Numbered from the stretch's first letter, positions 10,899 to 20,430 are shown. The stretch: DNA of 64,000 bases from an uncultured Acidobacteriota bacterium (GCA_963742165.1 CAVUKX010000017.1:110698-174697); one strand, 5' to 3'. The notes: generated by a model from the sequence alone, not told the origin. A program made the numbers and translations.

Positions 10899-11537
10899 CT
10901 AGGCTTCTACGACCTGTTCGGCGGCGTGGCGGGCGCGCGAGCGCTTGCGCCGGTACCAGCCGTAGGCGGCCATTACGACGGAGCCGGCGGCAATGAGGCT
11001 GAGCGACCACTTGGCCGAGCGGGTAAAGATCGCCATCCAGTCGAAAGCGCGCATGGAGAGCACGCCCGCCAACAGCATGATGAGAATCCAGAGCAGAGAG
11101 CCGATGCTGTTGTACAGATGGAAGCGCGAGCGGGGCAGGTGCGCGGCTCCCGCCAGCGGCGGTGCTAGATGCGCCACACCGGGAATCCACTTGGCCCAGA
11201 GCAGGGTGATGCCGCGGAAGCGGTCGAGCCCGGCATAGGCTTTTTCTTCCAGCGAATCCGGCACGAAGGAGATGCGGCACATGGCGGCGATGACGGAGCG
11301 GCCCTTCCAGCGGCCGAGTTCGTACCACATGGCATCGCCCAGCAGGCAGGGCACGGCGGTGGCAAACAGGACCAGCCAGAACTGCATGGGGTTGACGGCC
11401 ACCATGGCTCCGGCGGCCAGCAGCAGCGGGGAGATGAAGACCGGCAATCCGAGCCTCTCGCCCAAGGTGACCAAGAACATCCATAACGCGCCGTGACGGG
11501 CCAGTAAGGTGGTATCCGGCGGTAACAACATCATCAA
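10899..11537 (-). CDS. DedA/VTT-domain membrane protein (paralogue 1)
   Basis: 212 aa multi-TM protein (TTG 11537 or ATG 11534 start). Clearly paralogous to the N-terminal 200 aa of the next gene: HGALWMFLVTLGERLGLP.., WYELGRWKG.., LLWAKW.PG..H.A.PLAGAA. Confidence 0.75.
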   Translation of the reverse strand: MMMLLPPDTTLLARHGALWMFLVTLGERLGLPVFISPLLLAAGAMVAVNPMQFWLVLFATAVPCLLGDAMWYELGRWKGRSVIAAMCRISFVPDSLEEKAYAGLDRFRGITLLWAKWIPGVAHLAPPLAGAAHLPRSRFHLYNSIGSLLWILIMLLAGVLSMRAFDWMAIFTRSAKWSLSLIAAGSVVMAAYGWYRRKRSRARHAAEQVVEA

Positions 11538-11895
11538 CTTGAATCTCCTGCGGCGGGCGGCCGTTCAGACAGGGAACGGCCCACGCACGGAAGGGACGCA
11601 CTGACTTTGCGGAGGGCCATTCGCTCCGCGAAAGCTGCGTCCCTGCTCTCTCTAGTGTACCGGGAAATCGGACTGGGATCGCCAGGGTTCACTCTGAGGC
11701 CTGAGATTTTGTTACTTACTACCCTCGCGGGTGGAGATGGTACTGCCTGGCGCGTTTTCCGGCAAAAGTTGCAGACCATCACGGACAGTCCGAGCCGAAA
11801 AGACTCTGGAGCGTCATCGGAGAGCTGAACGGTGCAGGGATTCCTCGCGTTGCTCGGAATGACAGCCTAGGAGCAGGAGCAACTCGGGAACGGCA

Positions 11896-12886
11896 CTAGC
11901 TCGCCTGATCCAGTACGCGGGGGTCGCCGTGGTCGTCGAAGATGCGGTCGACGGGAAAGCCCAATTTCTCCCATCCGGCCAAGCCGCCCGCGAGGGGACG
12001 GACGTGCTTGACGCCGAGTGAGCGCAGCTGTTTGGCCACCATCACCGACGTGGCTTCATTCGGGACAGGTGCAGTAGACCACGATCTCGCGGTTGCCGGG
12101 CAGTTCCGCACGGCGCGCGGCGATCTCATTGGGCGCGATGCGCAGGGCGTGGGGCAGGGTGCGGGGAGCAGCCAGGAAATCGAGCGGATGGCGGAGATCG
12201 ACGATGAGCGGCGCATGGCCGGAGACCACCTGGCGATACACCTCCTCGGGCGAGATGCGCGCCATGCGCAACTCCCGGAGGAACTGCCGCCGCTGCCAGT
12301 AGCTGCGCGCGGCCAGGGCTACGGAGGCCACCAGCGCCAGCGCCACTGCCCAGCGCGCCGTGATGGCAAAGACTCCCAGCCAGTCGATGGTGAGCACGGA
12401 GAGGTAGCCCGCCGCCAGCAGCGCCGCCAGCCAGGCGATGGAGCCCGCGCCATTGCAGAGCTGAAAGCGCGGGCGGGAAATCCGCGCCGCACCGGCCAGC
12501 GGCACGGCAAAGTGCGAGATGCCGGGAAGCCACTTGGCCCACAGGAGCGAGCCTCCCGTATGGCGGGCCAGCGCCAGTTCGGTGCGGCGCACGCAGGAGT
12601 CGGGCTGAAAGGAGATGCGGCAGAGCAGGCCGAGCAGCTGGGAGCCTTTCCAGCGGCCCAACTCGTACCAGGCGGTGTCTCCCGCCAGACAGGCGATGGA
12701 GGTGACCAGCAGCAGGACTCCGAAGTGCAGCTTGCCCATGGCCGCCAGCGCCCCGGCCGCAACCAGCAGCGGAGTGACGAAGAGCGGCAGCCCCAGGCGC
12801 TCTCCGAGCGTGGCGAGGAACATCCACAGGGTTCCGTGGCGGACTATCAAATGAAAATCGGCGTGCATGATGCGAATTCCCTTCAC
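11896..12886 (-). pseudogene. DedA/VTT domain fused to a C-terminal rhodanese domain; frame broken by a 1-nt insertion in the rhodanese active-site loop
   Basis: ORF 12056..12886 ends ...REIVVYCTCPE*. ORF 11896..12216 continues in another frame as PNEATSVMVAKQLRSLGVKHVRPLAGGLAGWEKLGFPV. Removing one base from the C run at 12062..12064 restores YCTCPNEATS, a typical rhodanese loop. Confidence 0.75.
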
Positions 12887-13145
12887 CGCGGCAGCGATGG
12901 GCGGCCTGCACGCGGTGGGCTGATTTCAAGCTGAGCGATTGGGGCGAACAATTTACTGAGTTTTAATTGATGCCCGGACGCAGGTGCGGGGTTCACCGGT
13001 GGGCGTAAAAGGCTGTGCGGCTCGCCGGAGACACTGTTCGCCCCTGGCCTGTTGGAAATCGAGCGCAGGCCGCTGCGTTCCCCTCGCAGCACCCGGCGGG
13101 TTAAGATGGTAGGCGCTTGGGGAAACCTTCCCGCAAAGGGTTTGC

Positions 13146-13700
13146 ATGATCCCGCTGCTCGTATTTGTTGCCATTCTGGTGGTGATCGGCCTGATTGTGG
13201 CCGGCATATATAACGGACTGGTGCAGCTCAGGGTGCGCGCCGACAATTCCTGGTCCGATATCGACATTCAACTGAAGCGGCGCCACGACCTGATCCCGAA
13301 CCTGGTGGAGACCGTGAAGGGCTACGCCGCGCACGAGAAGGGCACCTTTGAAGACGTGGCCAAATACCGCTCGGCGGCGATGGCGGCGACCTCGGCTGCC
13401 GACCGGGCGCAGGCCGAAGGGCAGCTGACCCAGGCGCTGCGCGGGCTGCTGGCCGTGGCCGAGGCCTATCCCGAGTTGAAGGCCAACACGCAGTTCCAGG
13501 CGCTGCAGCAATCGCTCTCCGAGTTGGAAGATGCGCTGCAGAATTCGCGGCGTTACTACAATGCCGTGGTGCGCGACCTGAACACCAAGATCCAGTCATT
13601 CCCCAGCAATATCATCGCAGGAATGTTCAACTTCCAGCAGCGACCGTTCTTCGAGATCGCCGATCCGGCGGAACGCGCCGTGCCGAGCGTCAAGTTCTAA
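13146..13700 (+). CDS. lemA: LemA family protein
   Basis: 184 aa. N-terminal TM helix, then YNGLVQLRVRADNSWSDIDIQLKRRHDLIPNLVETVKGYAAHEK and ...RRYYNAVVRDLNTKIQSFPSNIIAGMF, the LemA pattern. Confidence 0.85.
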   Translation: MIPLLVFVAILVVIGLIVAGIYNGLVQLRVRADNSWSDIDIQLKRRHDLIPNLVETVKGYAAHEKGTFEDVAKYRSAAMAATSAADRAQAEGQLTQALRGLLAVAEAYPELKANTQFQALQQSLSELEDALQNSRRYYNAVVRDLNTKIQSFPSNIIAGMFNFQQRPFFEIADPAERAVPSVKF

Positions 13701-13717
13701 ACGCGAGGCGTATCTTT

Positions 13718-15553
13718 ATGCGAGGCGTAACCAAGGAGCCCATGAATCATCGCCTGACGCCTTCCAACCCCAGCCTGTTGCGCTGGGGTTTCTTGCTGGC
13801 CGCGCTGCTTTTGCTGGCCACGCCCGGCTTTGGCCGCTCGTGGTCGATTGCCCGCTTCGATGCCCGCTACACCGTGGGCGACGACGGCTCGGTGCTGGTG
13901 GAGGAGGAGATTCATCCCTCGTTCGATGGCACCTACCAGGGCATTGAGCGCTCGATTCCGGTGGAGTATCCCGGGCCGGACGGGACCGACTACAAACTTT
14001 TTGTGAAGGTGGACTCGGTCACCGACGAGAGCGGCGAGAAGATCCGCTTCGAGCAGAGCAGCCGCGCCGAGCGCACCGCCGACGGCAGAGTCAACCAGTT
14101 CCTGGTGCTCAGGATTTATGCCGGCGGCACGGACACCGAACGCACGGTACGGATCAGCTACCGGGCGGCGAACGCGGTGCGGTTTTTTGCCGACCACGAC
14201 GAGTTCTACTGGAACGTGACCGGGCTGGACACGAAGGTGCCGACCGAAGAGGCGTCGGCGTTTGTCGCGCTGCCCAGCGGAGCGGCGGGACAAAGCGGAC
14301 AGATCAAGGCGCAGGCCTTTACCGGCGTTTACGGCACGAGGGAGAAGGAAGCCACCAGCACGGTTGACGGCAGCAACGTGACGTTTGAGACCTCGGCTCC
14401 GCTCGCAGCCCGCAACGGGCTCACCATCGACATCTACATTCCCAAGGGCATACTGACCGAGCCCTCGTGGTTCACGCGCAACGTGGTGTGGTTCGTGGGA
14501 GGCAATCCGGGGGCGCTGCTGCCGGTGTGGGCCTTTGCCGTGATGTTCGGCCTATGGTGGTGGAAGGGACGTAATCCCGATCCGGGCCTATCGGTGGCAC
14601 CGATGTATGAGCCGCCCAAGGGGCTGACGCCGGCCGAGGCCGGGACCTTGCTGGAAGACGCGGTGGAAGCCCGCGACATTACATCGACGGTGATCGATCT
14701 TGCGGTGAAGGGATACATCAAGATCATCGAGAACAACGACAAGGTGCTGTTCATCACGCACCGGGACTACATTCTGCGGCTGATGAAGCCGCGGCACGAG
14801 TGGCAGGATCTGGCGGCGCACGAACTCGAGGTGCTCAACAATATCTTCCCCGAGGTGACGGCCGAGGAGACGACGCTGTCGAGCCTGAAGGAGCGCTTCT
14901 ACATTGCGCTGCCCTCGATCCGCCAGGAGATCATGGCCGCGCTCAACGGCAAGAACCTGTACTCGACCGATCCGGACTCGGCCAAAGGGCTGGCGCTGGT
15001 GGGAGTGCTGATCATCGTGCTGCCGTTTTTGTGGCTGCAGATGACGGGCCGCATCCAGCTGTTCAACTCGCCGACTGTGCTGGCGGCGGGCGCGTTGCTG
15101 AGTATAGCGATCGTGATGCTGTTCGGACGCAAACTGGCGGCCAAGACGGTGCGCGGGGCTCGCGCGCGGGTGGAGTGCCTGGGCTTCAAGGAGTTCATGA
15201 CGCGGGTGGATGGCGACCGCATCAAGCGGATGCCGCCGGACACCTTTGAAAAATTCCTTCCGTACGCGATGGCGTTCGGGGTGGAGCACCACTGGGCCAA
15301 GGCGTTCGAGGGACTCCTGACCGAGCCGCCCTCGTGGTACGTCGGCTCGGGCTACGGAACTCCGGGGATGATGTGGACTCCGCTGCTGTTCGCCAGCTCG
15401 ATGAACACGTTCACCACCTCGGCGTACCAGTCGTTTTCGGCCGCGCCGCAGGCCACCTCCAGCGGCTCCGGCTTTGGCGGCGGCGGTGGTTTCGACGGCG
15501 GAGGCGGATTCTCCGGCGGCGGCTTTGGCGGCGGCGGCACGGATGCGTTTTAG
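13718..15553 (+). CDS. DUF2207-domain membrane protein with Gly-rich C-terminus
   Basis: 611 aa. Signal/TM, large extracytoplasmic domain, TM cluster, and GSGFGGGGGFDGGGGFSGGGFGGGG tail. Sits 17 nt after lemA, the usual LemA/DUF2207 pairing. Confidence 0.7.
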   Translation: MRGVTKEPMNHRLTPSNPSLLRWGFLLAALLLLATPGFGRSWSIARFDARYTVGDDGSVLVEEEIHPSFDGTYQGIERSIPVEYPGPDGTDYKLFVKVDSVTDESGEKIRFEQSSRAERTADGRVNQFLVLRIYAGGTDTERTVRISYRAANAVRFFADHDEFYWNVTGLDTKVPTEEASAFVALPSGAAGQSGQIKAQAFTGVYGTREKEATSTVDGSNVTFETSAPLAARNGLTIDIYIPKGILTEPSWFTRNVVWFVGGNPGALLPVWAFAVMFGLWWWKGRNPDPGLSVAPMYEPPKGLTPAEAGTLLEDAVEARDITSTVIDLAVKGYIKIIENNDKVLFITHRDYILRLMKPRHEWQDLAAHELEVLNNIFPEVTAEETTLSSLKERFYIALPSIRQEIMAALNGKNLYSTDPDSAKGLALVGVLIIVLPFLWLQMTGRIQLFNSPTVLAAGALLSIAIVMLFGRKLAAKTVRGARARVECLGFKEFMTRVDGDRIKRMPPDTFEKFLPYAMAFGVEHHWAKAFEGLLTEPPSWYVGSGYGTPGMMWTPLLFASSMNTFTTSAYQSFSAAPQATSSGSGFGGGGGFDGGGGFSGGGFGGGGTDAF

Positions 15554-15710
15554 CCCCGAAGCGTTTTAGCCGGGAGGTCGCGCTGCGGGGCTTGAGACCG
15601 AGGAGAAGTGTAAGCCTTCGCAGGGCCAATGGCGCTGAACATTTCTACATCGAATTCGTCGCTCGAACATCTCTTACTGCATAGCGATTCGATGCTTTTG
15701 AGGTGTGGCG

Positions 15711-16199
15711 ATGAGTCCGGAACGCACCGACGATTCTTTCAGCGATTCCGATGACGCAAAGCGCGGTGCGCAGGATTCCGGGGAAGTGCCCGCACACCAC
15801 GGTTTCACCATCCAAACGGGCGGGCGCAAAGCAATTGCAGACACTGCCGAACGCATTGGCAGAGCCGCCGGCACCGCCCAACGGCAAGTGCGCCGAGGCA
15901 TGGAACTGGTGCGTCCGGCCGCATCCACGGGCGGCGGAACGCCTTCCTACACCGGCGCCATGCCGGACGCGGAGGCCAAGGCGCGCCCCGGCGACGCGCA
16001 TCGCATGGGTGGACTCAGCGAATTTGCGGCAGAGCGCCTGCTGCTGCTGCGCCAGCAGTTGCAGGATGCGGTCTCACGCTCGCGCCGGGCCACGCGGCGC
16101 ATGGTGACCGAACATCCGGGGCCAACCTTGGCCGCCCTGGCGGGACTCTGCGTTGCGCTCGGCGTCGGGCTTCGTGTGAGCAGGCCCGGCCGCCGGTAA
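15711..16199 (+). CDS. Small C-terminally membrane-anchored protein, possibly DUF883/ElaB/YqjD-like
   Basis: ATG 15711 preceded by GAGGTG. Hydrophilic body and a C-terminal anchor EHPGPTLAALAGLCVALGVGLRVSRPGRR resembling the ElaB/YqjD tail. High-GC context, so coding status is less certain. Confidence 0.45.
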   Translation: MSPERTDDSFSDSDDAKRGAQDSGEVPAHHGFTIQTGGRKAIADTAERIGRAAGTAQRQVRRGMELVRPAASTGGGTPSYTGAMPDAEAKARPGDAHRMGGLSEFAAERLLLLRQQLQDAVSRSRRATRRMVTEHPGPTLAALAGLCVALGVGLRVSRPGRR

Positions 16200-16347
16200 C
16201 GCAGAACAACGAGGATTGGGGTCTGCCAGCGGAATCCGCTCCGGCCTCTCTGCCCGGATAAAGCGTTGATTCTCTAGTGTCGCGTCCAAATTCCCTACTA
16301 CCACAAAGATTCCCATTCATGACATAATCCAACTTAACAAGGTTACT

Positions 16348-16719
16348 TTGGTCATTTTGCAGGTTGATTCGGGAGCTAATGTGTCCGATATTCGCACCAG
16401 CCGACGATTTCCCGTGCATCTCCCCCTCAAGGTATTGGGCGAGCATGGCACACCGATAGGTCAAACGGAAAACATCAGCGCTGCCGGGGTTTATCTGTGG
16501 CTCGACGACGGCAGCCTGGAAATTGGCGCCTCCACGGAATTTGAGATTACGATTCCGGGCGAGACCGTGGGCGCTGTCGGCGACGTTCGCCTGCACTGCC
16601 AGGGACGCGTGGTGCGCTGCGACCACGACGCGGAACAGGGCCGCTCGGGCGTTGCCTGCGTGATCGACAGCTACGAGATTTTGCGCGGCGACCAAGCCGC
16701 CGGGGCTGGAGAAGAATAG
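16348..16719 (+). CDS. PilZ-domain (c-di-GMP-binding type) protein
   Basis: RTSRRF (RxxxR) followed about 25 aa later by NISAAG (D/NxSxxG). The likely true start is GTG 16381 (GGGAG 6 nt upstream). Stop TAG 16717..16719 abuts the next ATG. Confidence 0.7.
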   Translation: MVILQVDSGANVSDIRTSRRFPVHLPLKVLGEHGTPIGQTENISAAGVYLWLDDGSLEIGASTEFEITIPGETVGAVGDVRLHCQGRVVRCDHDAEQGRSGVACVIDSYEILRGDQAAGAGEE

Positions 16720-17406
16720 ATGCTGAAAATCATTCTGGCGGACAATCAGGCAATCTTTCGCGCCGGCATCGCCAAGGTGCTCGCCGTGGAAGATGACGTG
16801 CGCATTGTTGCGCAGGCACAGACCGTGGAACAGGCCATGATCGCCATCGACAAATTTCGCGGCTCGGTCATGATCTACGCCTCCGACTTTTTGCCCGATG
16901 CCGAACAGCTGGCGGCGCAGGCCCGTGAATCGGCCATCCAGCTGGTGGTGATCGCCGAGAGCAACGAGCAGCCGGACCGCTATCTGCGCGCCGGCGTGCT
17001 GGGCCTGATCTACCGCTCGGTGGAGAGCAGCGAACTGCTGCGCTGCGTGCGCAAGGTGAGCACGGGCGAGGTTTACGTGCAGGACCTGAGGGCCGCCGCC
17101 GGCAGCACCGAAACCGACGACTTTGTGGGAGCGCGGGTGCGCGACCGGCTGACTCCGAAGGAACTGAAGATCGTCGCCCTGATCGTGCAGGGCTTCAAGA
17201 ACAAGGAAATCGCCAACCTTTTGGGAACGACCGAACAGGTGGTGAAGAATTATCTGCGCAACGTGTATGACAAGATCGGCGTCTCCGACCGGCTGGAGCT
17301 GGCGCTATTCACCATCCACCACCGGATTCTGGCCGAGGCCGCCGCAGCCAGCGCCGCGGCGATGCGCCCGATTCCTTCCAGCACCAGCAGCAGCGGAGCG
17401 GTGTAA
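16720..17406 (+). CDS. LuxR/NarL-family regulator with a degenerate receiver domain
   Basis: C-terminal HTH LTPKELKIVALIVQGFKNKEIANLLGTTEQVVKNYLRNVYDKIGVSDRLELA. The N-terminal receiver fold has ADNQ in place of DD, no clear acceptor Asp (VMIYASDF), and IYRS in place of the conserved Lys. Confidence 0.8.
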   Translation: MLKIILADNQAIFRAGIAKVLAVEDDVRIVAQAQTVEQAMIAIDKFRGSVMIYASDFLPDAEQLAAQARESAIQLVVIAESNEQPDRYLRAGVLGLIYRSVESSELLRCVRKVSTGEVYVQDLRAAAGSTETDDFVGARVRDRLTPKELKIVALIVQGFKNKEIANLLGTTEQVVKNYLRNVYDKIGVSDRLELALFTIHHRILAEAAAASAAAMRPIPSSTSSSGAV

Positions 17407-17430
17407 ATAGAGCACCGGATTGCAGAAACA

Positions 17431-17457
17431 AAGCGCGGCCGCGGCCGCGCTTTTTCC
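17431..17457. terminator. Bidirectional rho-independent terminator between convergent genes
   Basis: AAAGCGCGGCCGCGGCCGCGCTTTTT: a perfect GC stem flanked by an A run and a T run. Confidence 0.75.
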
Positions 17458-17469
17458 TTTGGCTCGGAG

Positions 17470-17844
17470 TTAGTCGAGCGCTTGGGGGCGCTCGCCGGCC
17501 TTGAGCAGTTCGTTGACGATGATGACCAGTTCCTCGGGATTGACCGGCTTTTCCAGATAGAGGTCGGCCAGCGGCTCGGCCGCCTGGTAGGCTTCGCCCA
17601 CATAGCCGGAGACCACTACGACGGGGATGGTGGAGTTACGTTTGGCGGCCACGACCACGCTGTGCCCGCTGGCCTCGCCCAGCCGCCAGTCGGTTACGAC
17701 GGCGTCGAAATCGTGCAGCCGCAACAGCTCAATTGCCTCGCGCGCGGAGGTGGCCGGGGTGGCATCATGTCCGGCCTGCTCCAGAATCGCGCACTTCAGT
17801 TTCACTACGTTGGGTTCATCGTCGATGCAAAGTATTCGCGCCAT
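17470..17844 (-). CDS. Single-domain CheY-like response regulator
   Basis: Trimmed to ATG 17844: MARILCIDDEPN...VVTDWRL...VVVVSGY...YLEKP. All canonical receiver residues are present. Confidence 0.8.
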   Translation of the reverse strand: MARILCIDDEPNVVKLKCAILEQAGHDATPATSAREAIELLRLHDFDAVVTDWRLGEASGHSVVVAAKRNSTIPVVVVSGYVGEAYQAAEPLADLYLEKPVNPEELVIIVNELLKAGERPQALD

Positions 17845-17891
17845 GAAATCCTTAGGAATGCAGAGTAAATACCAACCCCATGCAGCGGCGG

Positions 17892-19493
17892 CTAGAGCAG
17901 CTTGCGTGCGATGGATTTGGCCTGGGTAAACAGCAGGAGGTAGTCCGCTCCACCCGCCTTGGAATCGGTGCCCGACATATTGAAGCCGCCAAAAGGATGC
18001 GCGCCCACCATAGCCCCGGTGCACTTGCGATTGATGTAAAGATTGCCGGCATGGAAGTCGCGCTTGGCTTGCTCCATGCGCTCTTCCGAATTGGTATAGA
18101 CGGCGCCGGTGAGGCCGAACTCGGTATCGTTGGCAATGCGCAGCCCGTCGTCGAAGTCCTTGCAGCGGATGACGGCCAGCACCGGCCCGAAGACCTCTTT
18201 CTGCTCCAGCGTGTCACCGGGCTTTACCTCGGAAATGATGGTGGGATGGAGCAGGAAACCCGGCTGGTCCTGCACTGCGCGGCCGCCCGTGACCAGCCGC
18301 CCGCCTTCGCTGAGCGCGGTTTGCACAAAACCTAGAATCGAATTGCGGGCCGCCTGGTTGATGACCGGGCCCAGACTCGGATTCTCTTCCGCCGCGCCGG
18401 CCGTCAGCTTCTCCGTCTTGTCCTTCAGCCGCTCGACGAATTTGTTATAGACCCGCTCATCGACGATGGCGCGCGAGCAGGCCGAGCACTTCTGGCCGCT
18501 GAAGCCGAAGGCCGAGGCGACCACGCCTGCAACCGCGGCGTCGAGGTCGGAATCGGCATCGACCACGATGGCGTCCTTGCCGCCCATCTCGAGAATGGTG
18601 CGCTTGATCCAAATCTGGCCGGGCTGCGGCTTGGCGGCGAGCTCGTGAATCTGCAGGCCTACTTCTTTAGATCCGGTGAAGGCGACAAAACGCGTCTTGG
18701 GGTGGCCGACCAGGGCGTTGCCGAAGCCGCTGCCGCTGCCGGTGACGAAGTTGACCACGCCCTCGGGCACGCCGCAGGCCTCCAGGGTCTGGAAGAACTG
18801 CGCCGCAATGGTCATGGCCTCACTGCTGGGCTTGAGCACCACGGTGTTGCCGCTGACCACCGACGCCATGGTCATGCCGGCCAGAATGGCCAGGGGAAAA
18901 TTCCAGGGCGCGATGACCGCGCCCACTCCCAGCGGAAGGTAGCGTAGCTCGCTCCGCTCGCCGGGCAGCTGTACGGGCGGCGCGGACTGGGAAAGGCGCA
19001 GGGCCTCGCGGGCGTAGAACTCGACGAAGTCGATGGCTTCGGCCACCTCGGCGTCGGCTTCGGCGAAGTTCTTGCCGACCTCGAAGACCAGCCAGGCCGA
19101 CCACTCGAATTTGTGGTCGCGCAGGGCGTTGGCCACGCGGAAGAGGAGATCGGCGCGCTCCTGTACAGAGGTGTGCTTCCAGCTCTCGAAGGCCTGGAGC
19201 GCGGCATCCATGGCGGCGGGCACATCTTCGGCTTCGGCCTTCTGGAAGATGCCCACGAGCTGGCTGGGATTGGAGGGGTTGAGCGACTCCAGCTTGGCGG
19301 CGGTGCGCTGGCGATGGCCGCCGATGACGTTGTCATACTCGCGGCCCAGCTGACGGCGCACCCGTTCCAGCGCCTCGCGCATGGCGCTCTGGTTTTCCGG
19401 ACGCTCGAAGTCCAGCGTGGGCTCGTTGCGGAAGGGCGTGTTTGCGGGATTTTGAAAACGGATCGTGTCCACCGTGCTCTCGACTGCCGCCAT
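17892..19493 (-). CDS. pruA: L-glutamate gamma-semialdehyde (1-pyrroline-5-carboxylate) dehydrogenase
   Basis: Trimmed to ATG 19493. Aldehyde dehydrogenase fold with FRNEPTLDF N-terminus, EVGKNFAEADAEVAEAIDFVEFYA, ELGGKD-like EMGGKD, and FGFSGQKCSACSR catalytic Cys motif. Confidence 0.85.
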   Translation of the reverse strand: MAAVESTVDTIRFQNPANTPFRNEPTLDFERPENQSAMREALERVRRQLGREYDNVIGGHRQRTAAKLESLNPSNPSQLVGIFQKAEAEDVPAAMDAALQAFESWKHTSVQERADLLFRVANALRDHKFEWSAWLVFEVGKNFAEADAEVAEAIDFVEFYAREALRLSQSAPPVQLPGERSELRYLPLGVGAVIAPWNFPLAILAGMTMASVVSGNTVVLKPSSEAMTIAAQFFQTLEACGVPEGVVNFVTGSGSGFGNALVGHPKTRFVAFTGSKEVGLQIHELAAKPQPGQIWIKRTILEMGGKDAIVVDADSDLDAAVAGVVASAFGFSGQKCSACSRAIVDERVYNKFVERLKDKTEKLTAGAAEENPSLGPVINQAARNSILGFVQTALSEGGRLVTGGRAVQDQPGFLLHPTIISEVKPGDTLEQKEVFGPVLAVIRCKDFDDGLRIANDTEFGLTGAVYTNSEERMEQAKRDFHAGNLYINRKCTGAMVGAHPFGGFNMSGTDSKAGGADYLLLFTQAKSIARKLL

Positions 19494-19724
19494 GACAACC
19501 TCTCGAAGTCCGTAGCCCGCACCGTGGCAATGGTGCTGCTTCACGAGGAGTGCAGGCTTGTCCGCGATCCACCCCGCGCAGCCTCTGATTCTAGCACCAC
19601 AACCGAAGGCCGGCGGCGCTTCTGCAGGCACGCTATCCCAAATTGGCCCGATGGGAGAAATGCGTCCCAATTTCCAGCTCTACTGTACTTTTTCGGGGAT
19701 TAGAGGATTGAGATTAAGCGTAAA

Positions 19725-20276
19725 ATGGCGAGCACCTGGAAAGATCAGGGGGGCTCTATGAACGTAATGACGAAAGACGACGCGGCGGTTTTGCTGCAAG
19801 CCGATGGGCTGGACAGCTTTGTGAATCAACGATGCGAGGAACTCAAGGTAGTGGGCAGCGCGTATGCGATTCCGGACGACACCGCGTCCAAGACGGCATT
19901 GGCGAAATTTCTCTCCTACCTGCTGCTGAAGCAGCCGCCAGTGTGTGTGTATCTGACCGGCTGGAGCTTGCGTCCGACCGCCGAGCACCTGGACCTGCTC
20001 TACGGCTACCGGCGCTCGACGGGGGAGATGCGTCCGCTGTCGGAGGCGCCGCTGCACGTCTTTGACCGGGACGAAAACGATGCGCTGGCGAGCATCCTGT
20101 GCCTGGTGTTTTACTTTGCGCTGGAGGCGTGGGTCTTCGACGCGGAGGGTAAGACGATGATCCGGTTCAGCCATGACGGACGGATCGAGGTTCGCGCCGA
20201 CGCGCACCGGGACATTGTGGATTTTGCCAGCGAGCCGGCCAAGTATTTGAAGGCGCTGGGGGCATCCGCGGCGTAG
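19725..20276 (+). CDS. Hypothetical protein, no recognisable family
   Basis: 183-aa ORF with non-repetitive, protein-like composition (alternative start MNVMTKDD at 19758). No motif recognised. Confidence 0.45.
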   Translation: MASTWKDQGGSMNVMTKDDAAVLLQADGLDSFVNQRCEELKVVGSAYAIPDDTASKTALAKFLSYLLLKQPPVCVYLTGWSLRPTAEHLDLLYGYRRSTGEMRPLSEAPLHVFDRDENDALASILCLVFYFALEAWVFDAEGKTMIRFSHDGRIEVRADAHRDIVDFASEPAKYLKALGASAA

Positions 20277-20298
20277 GGAGCGGACGCTGGGCCACAAT

Positions 20299-20335
20299 CC
20301 CACATTCGCCAAAAGCAGGCGGATGTGGGCCACCC
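20299..20335. repeat. REP-like palindrome, family A
   Basis: CCCACATTCGCC-AAAAGCA-GGCGGATGTGGG followed by CCACCC; 11 of 12 stem pairs. Confidence 0.7.
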
Positions 20336-20430
20336 GCCTAAGACTCAAAGCGCAAAAGAAGGGACGAGGATGCACCTCGCCCCTGAACTGCGATCTTTCA
20401 CCGTTACAGCCACGCCTGGCAAAAAAAACT

